This document shows positions 1-12,855 of a DNA stretch of 64,000 nucleotides, one piece after another. Made by a program: the position numbers and the translations under genes. The notes under the pieces are model-generated. The model searched no databases and was not told the origin of the DNA. It saw only the letters and a program-made list of their open reading frames with translations. The stretch is from Octopus vulgaris (Eukaryota), in contig OX597835.1 of the NCBI GenBank assembly GCA_951406725.2, positions 25,978,001-26,042,000 of the forward strand, in the 5' to 3' direction. The stretch's first letter is position 1. Each line of letters begins with the position of its first letter.

Positions 1-48
<48 letters not shown>

Positions 49-136
49 TCATTCTTTAAGCGACACACAGTTGCTGATCTCGCATCGAAAATCCATATAC
101 GCAATGTACACACACACAGACACAAACAGAATATCA

Positions 137-409
137 TGGCTGTGTGGTAAGAAGTGTGTTTCGGAACCACACGGTTACAAATTCAGTCCTACTGCGTGGC
201 CTTGTGAGTGGATTTGGCAGACGGAAACGAAAAGAAGCCTGTTGTATATAGATAGGGCCGGTTTCCCGGTTTCCTTGGCGTATAGGTTCCCCACCTGGAC
301 GGGACGCCGGTCCGTCGCAGGTGAGCTGCAAGATGCAGGAGGAAAGAGTGAGAGAAAGGTGTGGCGAAAGAGTCAGCAGAAGTTTGCCATTACCTTCTGC
401 CGGAGCCGC
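137..409. mobile_element. Fused SINE fragments: family B head/body (+, 137-245) then a family C-type body fragment (-, ~253-409)
   Basis: TGGCTGTGTGGTAAG..TTCAGTCC..GATTTGGCAGACGGAAAC matches the reverse complement of 2200-2378. GAGTGAGAGAAAG..CCGGAGCCGC matches 53905-53970. Confidence 0.65.
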
Positions 410-420
410 AGAAATATTCC

Positions 421-646
421 TATTTCTTTACTACCCACAAGGGGCTAAATACAGAGGCGACAAACAAGGATAGACAAACGGATTATTACATCGACCTCAG
501 TGCGTAACTGGTACTTATTTAATCGACCTCGAAAGGATGAAAGGCAAAGTCGACCTCGGCGGAATTTGAACTCAGAACGTAGCGTCAGACGAAATACCGC
601 TAAGCATTTCGCCCGGCGTGCTAACGTTTCTGCCAGTTCGCCGCTT
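421..646 (-). mobile_element. tRNA-headed SINE, family A (GGCGGCGAGCTGGCAGAAACGTTAGC...GTCGACTTTGCCTTTCATCCTTTCG)
   Basis: Near-identical to copies at 32605-32823, 49873-50098 and 59861-60091. B-box-like GAGTTCAAATTCC. Confidence 0.85.
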
Positions 647-741
647 TGAAGTGTGTTAGATATTAAGGCAGTATGAGTCCCCTCAGACACAACAAAATTT
701 TCCTTAATTTTTATTCAATGTCCATTAAATAGCTGTCTGAA

Positions 742-1675
742 TAGAAATTCCACCCCCGCTATTGGACGATTTTCCCCTGCTACTGATATACATCTGTGAT
801 TTTTTACCACAGTACGTCCATACAGGAATATTTTCGGGATCGATACGCTTTTAACACTAACTCATGTGGTAACTCCATCCGACGAAAAAGAACACTGACA
901 AACAGGCAGAGAATGATTTCCGCAGCTACGTAAATTTAGATCATACCCAAAGTATTATTCCAGCGGTGAACAACACACCAAATGCTACAATTATTTCTGC
1001 TGTGTATAATGCTACACACATAAACCGTTGTAATAGTTTTTCTTGGTGAAAATTTGTTCATTATGAAGTTTCACAGTTGCTAGATCAATTTCTGTTCAAA
1101 CATCATCTTTATCATTAACGGCTGTTTATGATCGGAGTGGATCAAATGGAATGCAATAATTGATTCGGTTTATTAAATATGAGTGTGATGTTTTAATATT
1201 AATATAGATGGTTTTCTTATATAAACAAATATCCGTTCATTTAAACACATTTCCTTATATAATTATAAGGTAAATAAGAATATATGGTAAAGAATCGCTA
1301 CACTAAATATATGGTATAGATATGGCACAGAAAAATATGATGTAGATATGGTATATATATATAGAGAGAATGAGGCGAGAGGAAGTAACAGAGATAGATA
1401 GAGAGAGAGAGAGAGAGATAAATAAATAGATAGATAGAAAGAGAGACACAGAGACACAGAGAGAGAACAGTGGGGGAGAAAGAATGAGAGACTGAGTGAA
1501 AATGGGAGAGAGCGGGTGAGAGAGTGAGAGAGAGGGAGATAGAGAGGAGAAGAAAGCGAGAGAGAGAGACAGAGTATGAGTGAAAAAAAGTGAGAGGAGA
1601 GTGAGTGAGATAAACAATGAGAGTGAGTTTTAGAAAGACAGAAACAGGGAGTGAAAGAGGAGTAAGGGAGAGGAG

Positions 1676-1716
<41 letters not shown>

Positions 1717-1725
1717 TTATATATG

Positions 1726-1765
<40 letters not shown>

Positions 1766-1870
1766 GACGTATATATATGTTGCGTGTGTATAATATGATA
1801 TAATATTTCATATGCGTTAAAACACTCACACACACATATACACACGCAATACATATACGTCTGTGTGTAT

Positions 1871-1917
<47 letters not shown>

Positions 1918-2443
1918 TACAAAACTTTGTTAATACAAATATGGTGTGTGTTGATATACATATATATGTATACTCTTTTACTCTCTTTTACTTGTTTCAG
2001 TCATTTGACTGCGGCCATGCTGGAGCGCCGCCTTTAGTCGAGCAAATCGACCCCGGGACTTATTCTTTGTAAGCCCAGTACTTATTCTATCAGTCTCTTT
2101 TGCCGAACCGCTAAGTGACGGGGACGTAAACACACCAGCATCGGTTGTCAAGCAATACTAGGGGGACAAACACAGACACACAAACACACACACATACATA
2201 TATATATATTTGCATATATACGACAGGCTCCTTTCAGTTTCCGTCTACCAAATCCACTCACAAGGCATTGGTCGGCCCGGGGCTATAGCAGAAGATACTT
2301 GCCCAAGGTGCCACGCAGTGGGACTGAACCCAGAACCATGTGGTTGTTTAGCAAGCTACTTACTACACAGCCACTCCTGCGTATATATATATATATATAT
2401 ATATATATTACATATATATACGGAGAGAAAAAGAGAGAGGGAG

Positions 2444-2486
<43 letters not shown>

Positions 2487-2551
2487 AACGCTTGTGCTTA
2501 GATACAAACAGAATCAAGAAGACTTTTATGATATAAGTGTGTGTGTGTGTG

Positions 2552-2586
<35 letters not shown>

Positions 2587-2980
2587 ATCCCTGGGAATTT
2601 GTGTGTATTTGTTTGTATTTGTGTAAGCGTGGTTGTGTGTATGTTATGTGTGTGTGTCTTGGAGTTTTTGTTTGTTTCCCATCACTTCTCGCTGGTTCGG
2701 TTGACTCAATGGCAATTACTATCCGCCAGTAACTAAATGCTTCAACAAATTTAGCGCCACCAGCTATTTGCGATACCAATGACTTGTTAATCACTGATTT
2801 GTTTCTTCTTCTATACCAGCAGAGACGAAATTTGCGGTTGATGAGTGGTTGTTTCCTACTGATAACGTCAAGAGTAACAGAAATCATGATTTAGAAATTC
2901 CACCCCCGCTACTGGACGATTTTCCCCTGCTACTGATATACATCTGTGATTTTTTTTATCACAGTACGTCCATACAGGAA
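742..2980 (+). repeat. Dispersed ~88-bp direct repeat (742-828 and 2892-2980)
   Basis: TAGAAATTCCACCCCCGCTA(T/C)TGGACGATTTTCCCCTGCTACTGATATACATCTGTGAT...CACAGTACGTCCATACAGGAA in both places, with different flanks. Confidence 0.9.
1972..2378 (-). mobile_element. Full-length tRNA-headed SINE, family B (CORE-like segment GTGGCACCTTGGGCAAGT, internal TA/TG tract, AAAAGAGT tail)
   Basis: Head AGGAGTGGCTGTGTAGTAAG...GGTTCAGTCCC; tail GCATGGCCGCAGTCAAATGACTGAAACAAGTAAAAGAG. Several near-full copies in the window. Confidence 0.9.
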
Positions 2981-3078
2981 ACTTTCTCAAGACCAGTAAT
3001 ACAGTTTTGTGGCTTTTTATTATATATCCACTTTAAGATATATACGGAACCAATACTGCTTACTTGTTAACATCTAAT

Positions 3079-3379
3079 ATGTATGTATCTATGAATGTAT
3101 GTATGTGTTTATGTATGTATGTAAATAGGTATGCATGCATGTATATGTGTGTGTGTATGTATATATGTATATATGTATGTATGTATGTATGCATGTAAGT
3201 ATGTAAGTATGTATGTATGCAAGTATGTTTGATTCCATGTATGTATGTATGTATGTATGTATGTATGTATTTGTATGTATGTATGTATGTATGTATGTAT
3301 GTATGTATGTATGTATTTGTATATGTATGTATATATATGTGTGTGTGTATGTATGTAAGTATGTACGTATGTATGTATG

Positions 3380-3413
<34 letters not shown>

Positions 3414-3550
3414 TGTATGTATGTATGTATGTATGTATGTATGTATGTATGTGTTATTGTATGCCTGTATGTTTGTGTGTTTGTATTTATGTATTTATGT
3501 CAGTATGTGTGTGTGTGTATTTGCATGTATGTATGATATTTATATGTATG
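3079..3550 (+). repeat. Degenerate (TATG)n microsatellite
   Basis: Read directly; source of the MYVC ORFs. Confidence 0.95.
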
Positions 3551-3859
3551 TCTGTCTGGCTGTATGTGAAGGCGCGTTGACATGTTGGTTAGGGCATTCG
3601 GTTCACAGTTGTAAAGTCGTGTGTTCGAAAACCTGCGGCGAAATTCGATTACTAGATTATCCATTCTAGGCTGTTCATCGATCCGGTGTTCTTACTAGAT
3701 GTAAAACGAAACTTTTTTATATTCGTTGTCCGCACACATCTTTGCCAGTGAAGCATTACATAGCTTCGTACTTTTTATCGACTGCTATTTCCAGCAAACA
3801 TTGGTGCCTTGTTGTATCACAATCTTCTATTATATATATATATATATATATTTATATAT

Positions 3860-4174
3860 CCCCTCCTCACCGTGGTGGGGACGCTGGCATCAGGTAGTGT
3901 CAGAGCTATGCCGTCGGGAATTTCGGTTCCTGGTAAGGTCACCCAAGGCGGATTGGTCTGACACCGAGTGGCATTAGGGCCACAACCCAGCAGACGGTGA
4001 AAATCCTCGGAGTGTCCGCTTCGGCAACCGGCGGCTCCTCGTGTGTTCTGTCCCTGCGTCTGCGGACAATCTGCAGGATTGTTGGGGACCACTTGTGAAA
4101 TTCACATATTCCCACGAAACATCTTCCATGAGAAGAAGCCGACTCAACCCACCCAGGGTGAATGTCGCCACAAG

Positions 4175-4177
<3 letters not shown>
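3860..4177 (+). mobile_element. GC-rich non-autonomous element with RTE-clade 5'UTR-like head
   Basis: CGTGGTGGGG...GAGCTATGCCGTCGGG...CCTGGTAAGGTCACCCAAGGCGGATTGGTC resembles the conserved RTE (BovB/Expander-type) 5'UTR block, recognised from memory. Bounded by (TA)n. Confidence 0.55.
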
Positions 4178-4225
<48 letters not shown>

Positions 4226-4235
<10 letters not shown>

Positions 4236-4744
4236 GAAAGAATAGAGTCGAACGACGATTTAACAAAATTCCTTTATTGTCGACACATGTTTCGAAGACT
4301 GCATATTCTTAATTCCGAAGGAATAAAGGGTGCATTATGTCTTCTCATCAGGAAAGACAAGGAACTTATGTCAGCATCATGACGAACAAAAACTTTTAGA
4401 TGACTGCCCACACGGAGTCCATAGTGATAATATCATTGTTCGTCATGAAGCTGACATAAGTTCCTTGTCTTTCCTGATGAGAAGACGGCATAATGCACCC
4501 TTTATTCATTCGGAATTAAGAATATGTAGTCTTCGAAACATGTGTCGAGAATAAAGGAATTTTGTTAAATCGTCGTTCGACTCCATTCTTTCATTTATCT
4601 ATAGTAAAAAAACACACAAATTTCCACACGAAGGCACGTGATTTCTGCCCTTAGCATGTAGCTTCAACCGTGCTTTCTGACGTAAAATTGCTACCCGGGT
4701 ATCGGTTAACCGAATTATCCATACTAAGATAATTCATTCAACTA

Positions 4745-4747
<3 letters not shown>
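4226..4747 (+). mobile_element. (TA)n-flanked foldback element (arms 4226-4389 / 4436-4602 plus unique tail), PLE pLTR-like
   Basis: Near-perfect ~165-bp inverted repeat with a 46-bp spacer; each arm carries a hammerhead core. Confidence 0.8.
4459..4561 (+). ncRNA. Minimal type I hammerhead ribozyme motif
   Basis: CTGATGA 4474-4480; stem II GAAGAC/GTCTTC (4481-4486/4529-4534); GAAA 4535-4538; C-ATGT-G; TC 4545-4546. Stem I TTTC/GAGA plus TTCCTT/AAGGAA. Mirror copy on - strand at ~4268-4365. Confidence 0.75.
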
Positions 4748-4801
<54 letters not shown>

Positions 4802-6238
4802 ACATGTGTAAGAATATGTATGTATGTATATATGTATGTAGAAGTGTGTATGTATGTATGTACTGTGTATGAGTGTAAGAATGTGCATTTACTGGCATAC
4901 GGCTGGCCGAGGACGAAGCAACGGCAACAAGATCATGCTTCACTGCATTAACAGCACCGAGGTAGTGATAGTGACAGAATAGAAGATACGAACATCGGAC
5001 ACAACGGTTCGTAACTTTTAAGAAACAGAACATTTATCGATTCAATCCAATCCGACCACATACGAATCAAATATTTCTACATATGTTTACGTTATTAATA
5101 ATTCCTCTATCCCGTTGCAAATTGGGTGCGTTGTCCGATGTGGGCGTTAAATTTTGGACAAGGAGTTAAATCATTCTTCGTTTACATGAAACTATTAAAA
5201 AAAAAGAAACAAAACAAAAATCCCCCAAAACCCCAGAATAGCAGAATAAAAGATGAACGGATTATATATACATATTTAGTATTTTGCCTGTGATACAGAA
5301 ATCAATACTAACCTAAGATGGCGGATTGGGTGAGGTGAGATTTCTTATGGCGATATTCTTTAGGTTATTTTATAAATTATATTTTTGTTCTGTCTATAAA
5401 AAGGATGAAAATTATTGAAATTTCTTGAAAATGCAGTTTTTCCAAATTTTATTTCTCAATATTTAGTATTTTGTCTTTATTAACAAAATTTTTCTTTTTG
5501 GAGTTTTCGTGCATAGTTTGGGAATCTTTGCTTGTTTTTAAAAATGCTTCTTGAATAATGATTTTTTTTTTTTGGTAAATTTGTATTTTGAATCGTTCGT
5601 GGCTAAATGGAATCGGCAAATATTGTACAAAGATGATTTATTATACGAAAATAAGATAATTTATTGAATTACTTGTTGAGTAAAGCAACAACAAAAACAA
5701 AATGTCGAAAAAAAACAACAAACAAACAAAAAAACGTAAAGGAAAAAAATTTCAATTTTAATATTTATCAATGAATTAATGCTGCATGAAATAATGGCTG
5801 CAAATAACTAAATTTCTAAGTCTACCGAGTTGTATACATGCGCGTATATATACGCATTTATACAAGCATGTAAATACATAATACATCTGTCCATACAGGC
5901 TGATACATGCCTACAAACACATATACATATATTTATATATATAAATGTCACACAATCACGCATAAAAGGTGCAGATTTATCACACGTATATATACCCTCA
6001 CACATGTATAATATACGTATGCATTTGTGTACTGTATGTACATGATTATGTATGCATTATACACACACGCACACACACATACACATGCATAGATGCATGT
6101 GTGTATTTGTTGGAAAATAGTCAGTGGGTTCCCTGCATCATCAATAAGTAATCTAACGTCCTGCACACGGGATACCCAGGCTGATAATATGAATAACAGC
6201 GGAAAGTATTTCTGTATGCGCATATCGTCCATTGTCAT

Positions 6239-6291
<53 letters not shown>

Positions 6292-6301
6292 CATATGCAC
6301 A

Positions 6302-6358
<57 letters not shown>

Positions 6359-6473
6359 CACATATATATATAATATGTATATATAAACACGCATAGACTT
6401 ATAAAAAAGCTTACTTTTTCGTTAAGGAAAGATCAACGAAAATGTATTCTATCCGATGAGAGATAAATATTTC

Positions 6474-6674
6474 TTAATGTACACAGTAAATAGTTATGAG
6501 CTACTAATAGTTACATACATTGGAGATATTATCTAGACAGGTTTTAAAACACGTCTAGTGTCTTCAAGAGCCTAAAGATTACTGGGAGACAATCGGCGTG
6601 TTTGAAAATGCGCCTAGATGATATCTTCAATGTATGAAAATATTAGTAGCTCAACTGTAGACTGTGCACATTAA
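6474..6674. repeat. Diverged ~200-bp palindrome next to (TA)n
   Basis: TTAATGTACACAGT..GAGCTACTAATA..CATACATTGGAGATATTATCTAG versus CTAGATGATATCTTCAATGTATG..TATTAGTAGCTC..ACTGTGCACATTAA. Confidence 0.8.
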
Positions 6675-6705
6675 ACTATGTTTATATATATATGTGTATA
6701 TACAT

Positions 6706-6801
<96 letters not shown>

Positions 6802-6805
6802 TATA

Positions 6806-6978
6806 GTTAATCCAAACATGAAAACATAAAGAGAAAACACGACAACGCGAGGACGTGGAACAAGTATTGTGTTATTGGACGCTCAGGAAAGGAAAGAAAG
6901 AAGGAGGATTTAACGTTTCGAGCGGAGCTCTTGGTCAGAAACATAGGAAAAGGAAAGATCCAAGGTAGAGAAGACGAG
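6806..6978 (-). mobile_element. PLE pLTR-like 3' end with decayed minimal hammerhead (CTGACCA-GAGC/GCTC-GAAACGTTA)
   Basis: Same family as 37595-37800 and 43200-43285; abuts (TA)n at 6710-6805. Confidence 0.6.
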
Positions 6979-7130
6979 CGAAATGCTTAGCTGAAATTCC
7001 ACGGAGGTCGACTTTGCCTGTCATCCTTTCTGAGTCGTTATATTAAGTAGCAGTTGAACTCTAGGGGGTCAATGTTATCGACCCATTCCCTTCCCCGGAG
7101 TTGCTGGCCCTGGGCCAAAATTTGAAACCG
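6979..7130 (+). mobile_element. SINE family A, partial
   Basis: CGAAATGCTTAG..GAGGTCGACTTTGCCTGTCATCCTTTC. Confidence 0.7.
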
Positions 7131-7156
7131 GTATATGTGTATGTATGTTTGTATGT

Positions 7157-7465
7157 GAAGGCGCATGGCTCAGTGGTTAGAGCGTCGAACTTACGATCGT
7201 GAGGTTGTGAGCTCGAATCCCGGTCCGGGCTGCGTGTTGTGTTCTTGAGCAAAGCACTTTATTTTCACGTTGCTCCAGTTCACTCAGCTGTACAAATGAG
7301 TTGCGACGTCACAGGTGCCAAGCTGTATCGACCTTTGTCTTTCCCTTGGATAACACTGGTGGCGTGGATAGGGGAGGCTGGTATGCATGGGCGACTGCTG
7401 GTCTTCCATAAACAACCTTGCCCAGACTTGTGTCTAGGAGGGTAACTTTCTAGGTGCAATCCCAT
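7157..7465 (+). mobile_element. tRNA-headed SINE, family C
   Basis: A-box TGGCTCAGTGG and B-box-like GCTCGAATCCC, then GTGTTCTTGAGCAAAGCACTTTATTTTCACGTTGCTCCAG shared with 36454-36772. Confidence 0.8.
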
Positions 7466-7693
7466 GTTTGTATGTATATATGTATGTATGACGAACAGAA
7501 ACTCGATGCGAGTCAGCGAGAGAAACCCTCAACGAGTGTTTCGGTCAAGGGAAACTGGGTCTAACTACGTAGTGACTCCTGTATATCATCCTGCAGTTAT
7601 ATAAGTGCTACCTTTAGTGGGGAATGAACTCGGAACGTTGTACACACAACACACAGACATACGCACACACACACACGCATACAAGTATGTAAG

Positions 7694-7945
7694 TAGGAGT
7701 GTGTGTCTGGTAAGAAGCTTGCTACCGAACCACATAGTATTTGTGTGTCTGTGTTTGTCCACACACCATCGCTTGACAACCGGAGTTAGTGAGTTTACGT
7801 CCCCTTAACTTAGTAGTTCGGCAAAAAAGCCTGATGGAAAACGTTACTAGGTTTACAAAGAATACGTCTTGGGGTCGACTTGTTCGACTAAAGGCGGTGA
7901 TTTAGCATGGCCGCAGTAAAATGTCTGAAACAAGTAAAAGAAACA
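7694..7945 (+). mobile_element. SINE family B, internally deleted
   Basis: Head remnant joined to the GTGTTTGTCC...GCATGGCCGCAG..GAAACAAGTAAAAG tail. Confidence 0.75.
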
Positions 7946-9099
7946 AAAAAGAAATATATGCATACATGCATACTAACATACATGTATACATACATAAATA
8001 CACACATACACACACACACTCACACACACACACACATATGTATATATGTATATATATGCAATCAGAGAAGATGAAGATCGTAAATCATGATTTTGTTTCT
8101 GTTTGCTCGCTCCATTCTTTGCAACAGCCTTCTTCACGCTTTTCTTATTTTCATACTGACCAGCGTTCTTGTTTTTAAAAAGATATATATAAACCTGTTG
8201 GTTAATATATGTATATGTGTGTGTGTGTGTGTGTGTGTGCGTGTTATTACTTGCCAAAAATAGCTCTTCAACGAAGTTATTGCTAAAGTTTTTTATAGCT
8301 ATTTGCATTTCATTTCCATTATTCTTCACCAGATTTTTTTTTGTGTTTACATCGTACAATATGTATTTTATAATAAATTCCTAGCCATCGATGCTCTCTT
8401 CCCGCCACACAGCATAGCATTCATGGTAAATATATTTCTGTGTCATTTTAGACGATGTATTATAAGCGTAGTCATTATTTTCCTCATTTTCCTGTCTAGT
8501 CACGCTAATGCAATTAGCGTCCAGTTGAGAATATTATATCAAGAACTTATTACGTAGACCGCTAGATATCGATGCTTATTACCTTATTTTGTTGACATTT
8601 TGTTCTGTTTTAAGGTATTATTCGAAGGCAAATTCAATATTCCATCCTAAGCTTTTATTTAATTTGTGTATGTTGCACACTGTCTTCATAATTAATTTCT
8701 GAGTATTTGTATGCCTGTCTGTATTCCTCCAATACCTCGTATCTCTGTTCCTTTATTTGTCATTAGATTTTTTGATTAATTTCCTCTCCCCATGATTTCC
8801 TTGGTTTGGCACATTCTTCGAACTAGATTTTCATGCAATTATGATAATAATAATTATTATTGTTGTAAAACGGTGGGGCTTGATTTAGTGTGATCGACCT
8901 ATTTTATGCACGGGTTTGTAGACTGGAAAACTACAGATGGGTGAGGGTTCGTGCCTTTCGCGGTCAGAGTAATCTTGTATCTGTGGAGGTTTATCTGTGG
9001 GAGTTCCTTGATTCGCTTTAGTTGCAGCTTCTACATCAGAAGAGGAATGCATCATTTATGTGCTCACATACTTTGTATACCATGTATACTTTGACCTCA

Positions 9100-9195
<96 letters not shown>

Positions 9196-9196
<1 letters not shown>

Positions 9197-9747
9197 GAGT
9201 GAGAGAGCAGTGCATGCCATCAAAGTGACACTGGGGTAAAATATACGAAGCCCAATATACCCATCATGACTACCCGTCTGATAAAGGTACACCAGGCACA
9301 TGCATCACAACCATATGTGCGCGACATGGTGATCTCATATCAAGATAAACAGCACATGACTTTGCAGGTGGGGCCCAGTTAGAATTTTCTTCAGGTTGAG
9401 TAGCCCATCCTGCTCAAAAGGTCCCTGAATAAGGGTTGCTTTAGGATCTTGAACGAAACACCTATGTTTCCAGAGGTGAGTTATTCAAACCCCAAAGAAT
9501 CCCTCTCAACACATGGCTATGATGCTCCCCCACTACTTCTGCTCGTGATCAGAGATGCACATATCGTCAGCCACTAAGGGACATGCTCAACTGGTTAAGG
9601 CCAAACAACTGACAAGCAAATCTGTGGTATTGAGCAGAATATTTGCTGTAGCCCATCTTTTATACCAAGACAAAACAATGTACATGATAACACTTCCAAT
9701 CAGTTAAGATCAGAAGCCATGAGAGCCACTGCCTGGTACTGCATCAT
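9196..9747 (-). mobile_element. ~550-nt non-coding (TAA)n-embedded retroposon, copy a (longest)
   Basis: Highly similar to 27834-28302, 33679-34210 and 44226-44704. Shared 3' end CTGCTCTCTCACTCA+(ATA)n; ATT tracts on both sides. Confidence 0.9.
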
Positions 9748-9863
9748 ATTATTATTATTATTATTATTATCATTATTATTATTATTATTATTATTATTAC
9801 TACTGCTACTATTATTGTTGTTATTATTATTATTATTACTATTATCATTATTATTATTATTAC

Positions 9864-9944
<81 letters not shown>

Positions 9945-10063
9945 TACTACTACTATTATTGTTGATATTGTTATTATTATTATTATTATTACTATTATTA
10001 TTATTATTATTATGATTATTATTATTATTACTATTATTATTATTACTACTACTATTATTGTTG

Positions 10064-10109
<46 letters not shown>

Positions 10110-10134
10110 CATTATTATTATTATTATTATTATT
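9748..10134 (+). repeat. (ATT)n microsatellite
   Basis: Read directly. Confidence 0.95.
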
Positions 10135-10571
10135 AATTCTAGAAAAGATAATCAAATTTTATGAATTTTAAGAACACCGAACGGAAAAAAAGATTTTAAA
10201 GGCAGTAAAAACGTGAGGATGATGGTGCCTCCTTGTATAAGGGAGACAATCTCTGCTGGGGAACGAATCATGTCTTATCACAAGACAAGAGCATTAGATT
10301 TTTTGTAAGAAAGAAAGTGAATGTGTAAGACAACAAAGACAAAAAAACGGAGAACGGAGAAAAAAAAATTCGGAAAATATGTTTCACAATTACAAATAGA
10401 AACTATAAGAATATAACAACAGGTGTCTTTCGACTGAGGACGAATTAAATTGAGCTGGAATATATAAAGTGAAAGCCTAAATGTAGGAAAATAGAAGATG
10501 GACAGAGGAGAAGTTGGCGGTCGGTATTCAGGCCAAGAAAGAAATATATATGTACATAAATACGTACATAC

Positions 10572-10674
<103 letters not shown>

Positions 10675-10686
10675 CACAGACACACA

Positions 10687-10744
<58 letters not shown>

Positions 10745-10786
10745 CATACATACATATATACATATACATATATATATATACATACA

Positions 10787-10821
<35 letters not shown>

Positions 10822-10822
<1 letters not shown>

Positions 10823-11702
10823 TATTAAGAACAATCTTACTTAGAAATGGATGCGTGCGTTCCGTCATATAATAAATTAATAAATAAATAAAACATATGC
10901 ATATATACATACATATATGTACGTACCTACCTCTACATGTATATATATACATGTATATATACATGCATATATGGGTAAAGAACACCAAAAAAAAACGTCG
11001 AACACAATGAGAAACGAAAACATAAACACAAAACCAAGGAAATGGACATTTTTCTTAAACAACGAAAAAATAGAGTACAGGACATACAAAACAAGGAAAA
11101 TTCCCCTTCTTGAGTCGCTTTTGTTTCATCTACTCCACGTTTCGAAGGTCAAGGCGATACATGACTTTAATGAAACTTTACTTCCGCGAAAATCAAATTA
11201 AATAAAATTTGAGATTTTTTTGCGGAGGGGTAAAAATGGTAACAAAAACAGGACAGTAACGACAGTGAAAAATATAAACAGTAAAAGACAGGACACGGAG
11301 AATAACAGTAACACAAACAAGAAGGGCTGTTAAGCCGAACGAGATAAAAAAATTTACGAACGCTATTTTTTGAGAACGGCGAGGGAGCAACAGATTTGCC
11401 GTCTCTACTTGAAGGTAGCCAGAAGAACAAAGACAGTAGTAGCCTTCTCATCACGTGTCCGCGACGGGATGGAGAAGGAGGAGTCAGAGAAAGGGAGAGA
11501 AAAAAAGGGAATGGTTGTAGAAAAAAGAATGAAGAATAAGAGAGAGAGAGGGAGAGACAGTAAGGTAGAAGAAAAGGAAAGCCAAAAGAATGAAGGCTGA
11601 GAAAGGGAGGGGGAGAGAAAGGTTAAGAGTGGGCATCATTATTAATATTAAGAACAATCTTACTTAGAAATGGATGCGTGTGTTTCGTCATATAATAAAT
11701 TA

Positions 11703-11709
<7 letters not shown>
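10822..11709 (+). repeat. 65-bp direct repeat (10822-10886 and 11645-11709)
   Basis: ATATTAAGAACAATCTTACTTAGAAATGGATGCGTG(C/T)GTT(C/T)CGTCATATAATAAATTAATAAATA, 2 mismatches. Confidence 0.9.
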
Positions 11710-11746
<37 letters not shown>

Positions 11747-12315
11747 CTTTTTTTTTCAGAATGAGATAAAAATCCAAGTCCGTTGGACTCCTTATTCGCA
11801 TAATCACCGAACCTGGAGCTTAACTGTGGTCTGTCCATAGCACTTACTCAGCATTACCTGACAACTTGGGGTCTTATTGACACCATTACCTCTCATAATA
11901 TCTCTCTCTCTCTCTCTCTCTCTCTCTTTATAATATATATAAGTAATATATTTATATATATAAGTAATACATTATCATTTCCATTTGCGACACCGTTCAG
12001 TTCATATATTCCATATTGTAGTAGTATTTCTATGCTGGGGCATGCTTTCCCTATACATGCAGTGTATGAAATGTATCTCACACTATAACATTCCATCGAA
12101 ATAGCATTCTCTAATCAATCTAAGCCAAACATAGATTTATTTTTTTAATATTTTTTCTCCATTTCTCTCTTCACGCTGGTTTCAATAATTGTTCGCTTCA
12201 CCAGCAGCTGCTCTACACAACAATTCAGCACTTTCCTACGCTCATTGCTTCTTCGGTAAGAGAGATGCGATTCATTTTCAGATGAAAAGCCAGTCGATTG
12301 GATAGGGTGTACCTA

Positions 12316-12349
<34 letters not shown>

Positions 12350-12350
12350 C

Positions 12351-12422
<72 letters not shown>

Positions 12423-12596
12423 GTATATATGTATGTATATATATATATACACATACATATACATTTGTATATATATATATGCATACTTACGTATCTATAT
12501 ATATTTATATATATATATATATATATATATACATAAATACATACATATCAAAATATATACATACATACTTACATATCTATATATATACATACATAG

Positions 12597-12637
<41 letters not shown>

Positions 12638-12725
12638 TGTATGTATATGTATATATGTATATGTATATATGTATCTATACATAAATACATACTTACATAG
12701 CTATATCGATATCTATATATCTATA

Positions 12726-12772
<47 letters not shown>

Positions 12773-12793
12773 ATATATATAGATACTTACATA

Positions 12794-12855
<62 letters not shown>

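Noticed and set aside
4226-4602. Foldbacks as MITEs or miRNA precursors
   Set aside because: An asymmetric unique tail lies outside the right arm and the arms contain hammerhead cores, which fits PLE-type ends better; arm lengths vary widely.
7157-7230. tRNA genes at SINE heads (also 36454 and 54085)
   Set aside because: A/B boxes are present, but each continues into a multi-copy SINE body without a complete cloverleaf or T-run terminator.
9196-9747. 550-nt element as a U2 snRNA, 7SK or telomerase RNA retrocopy
   Set aside because: Only TGCAGTACC recalls U2; there is no branch-pairing region, 7SK 5' motif or CTAACCCTAA template.
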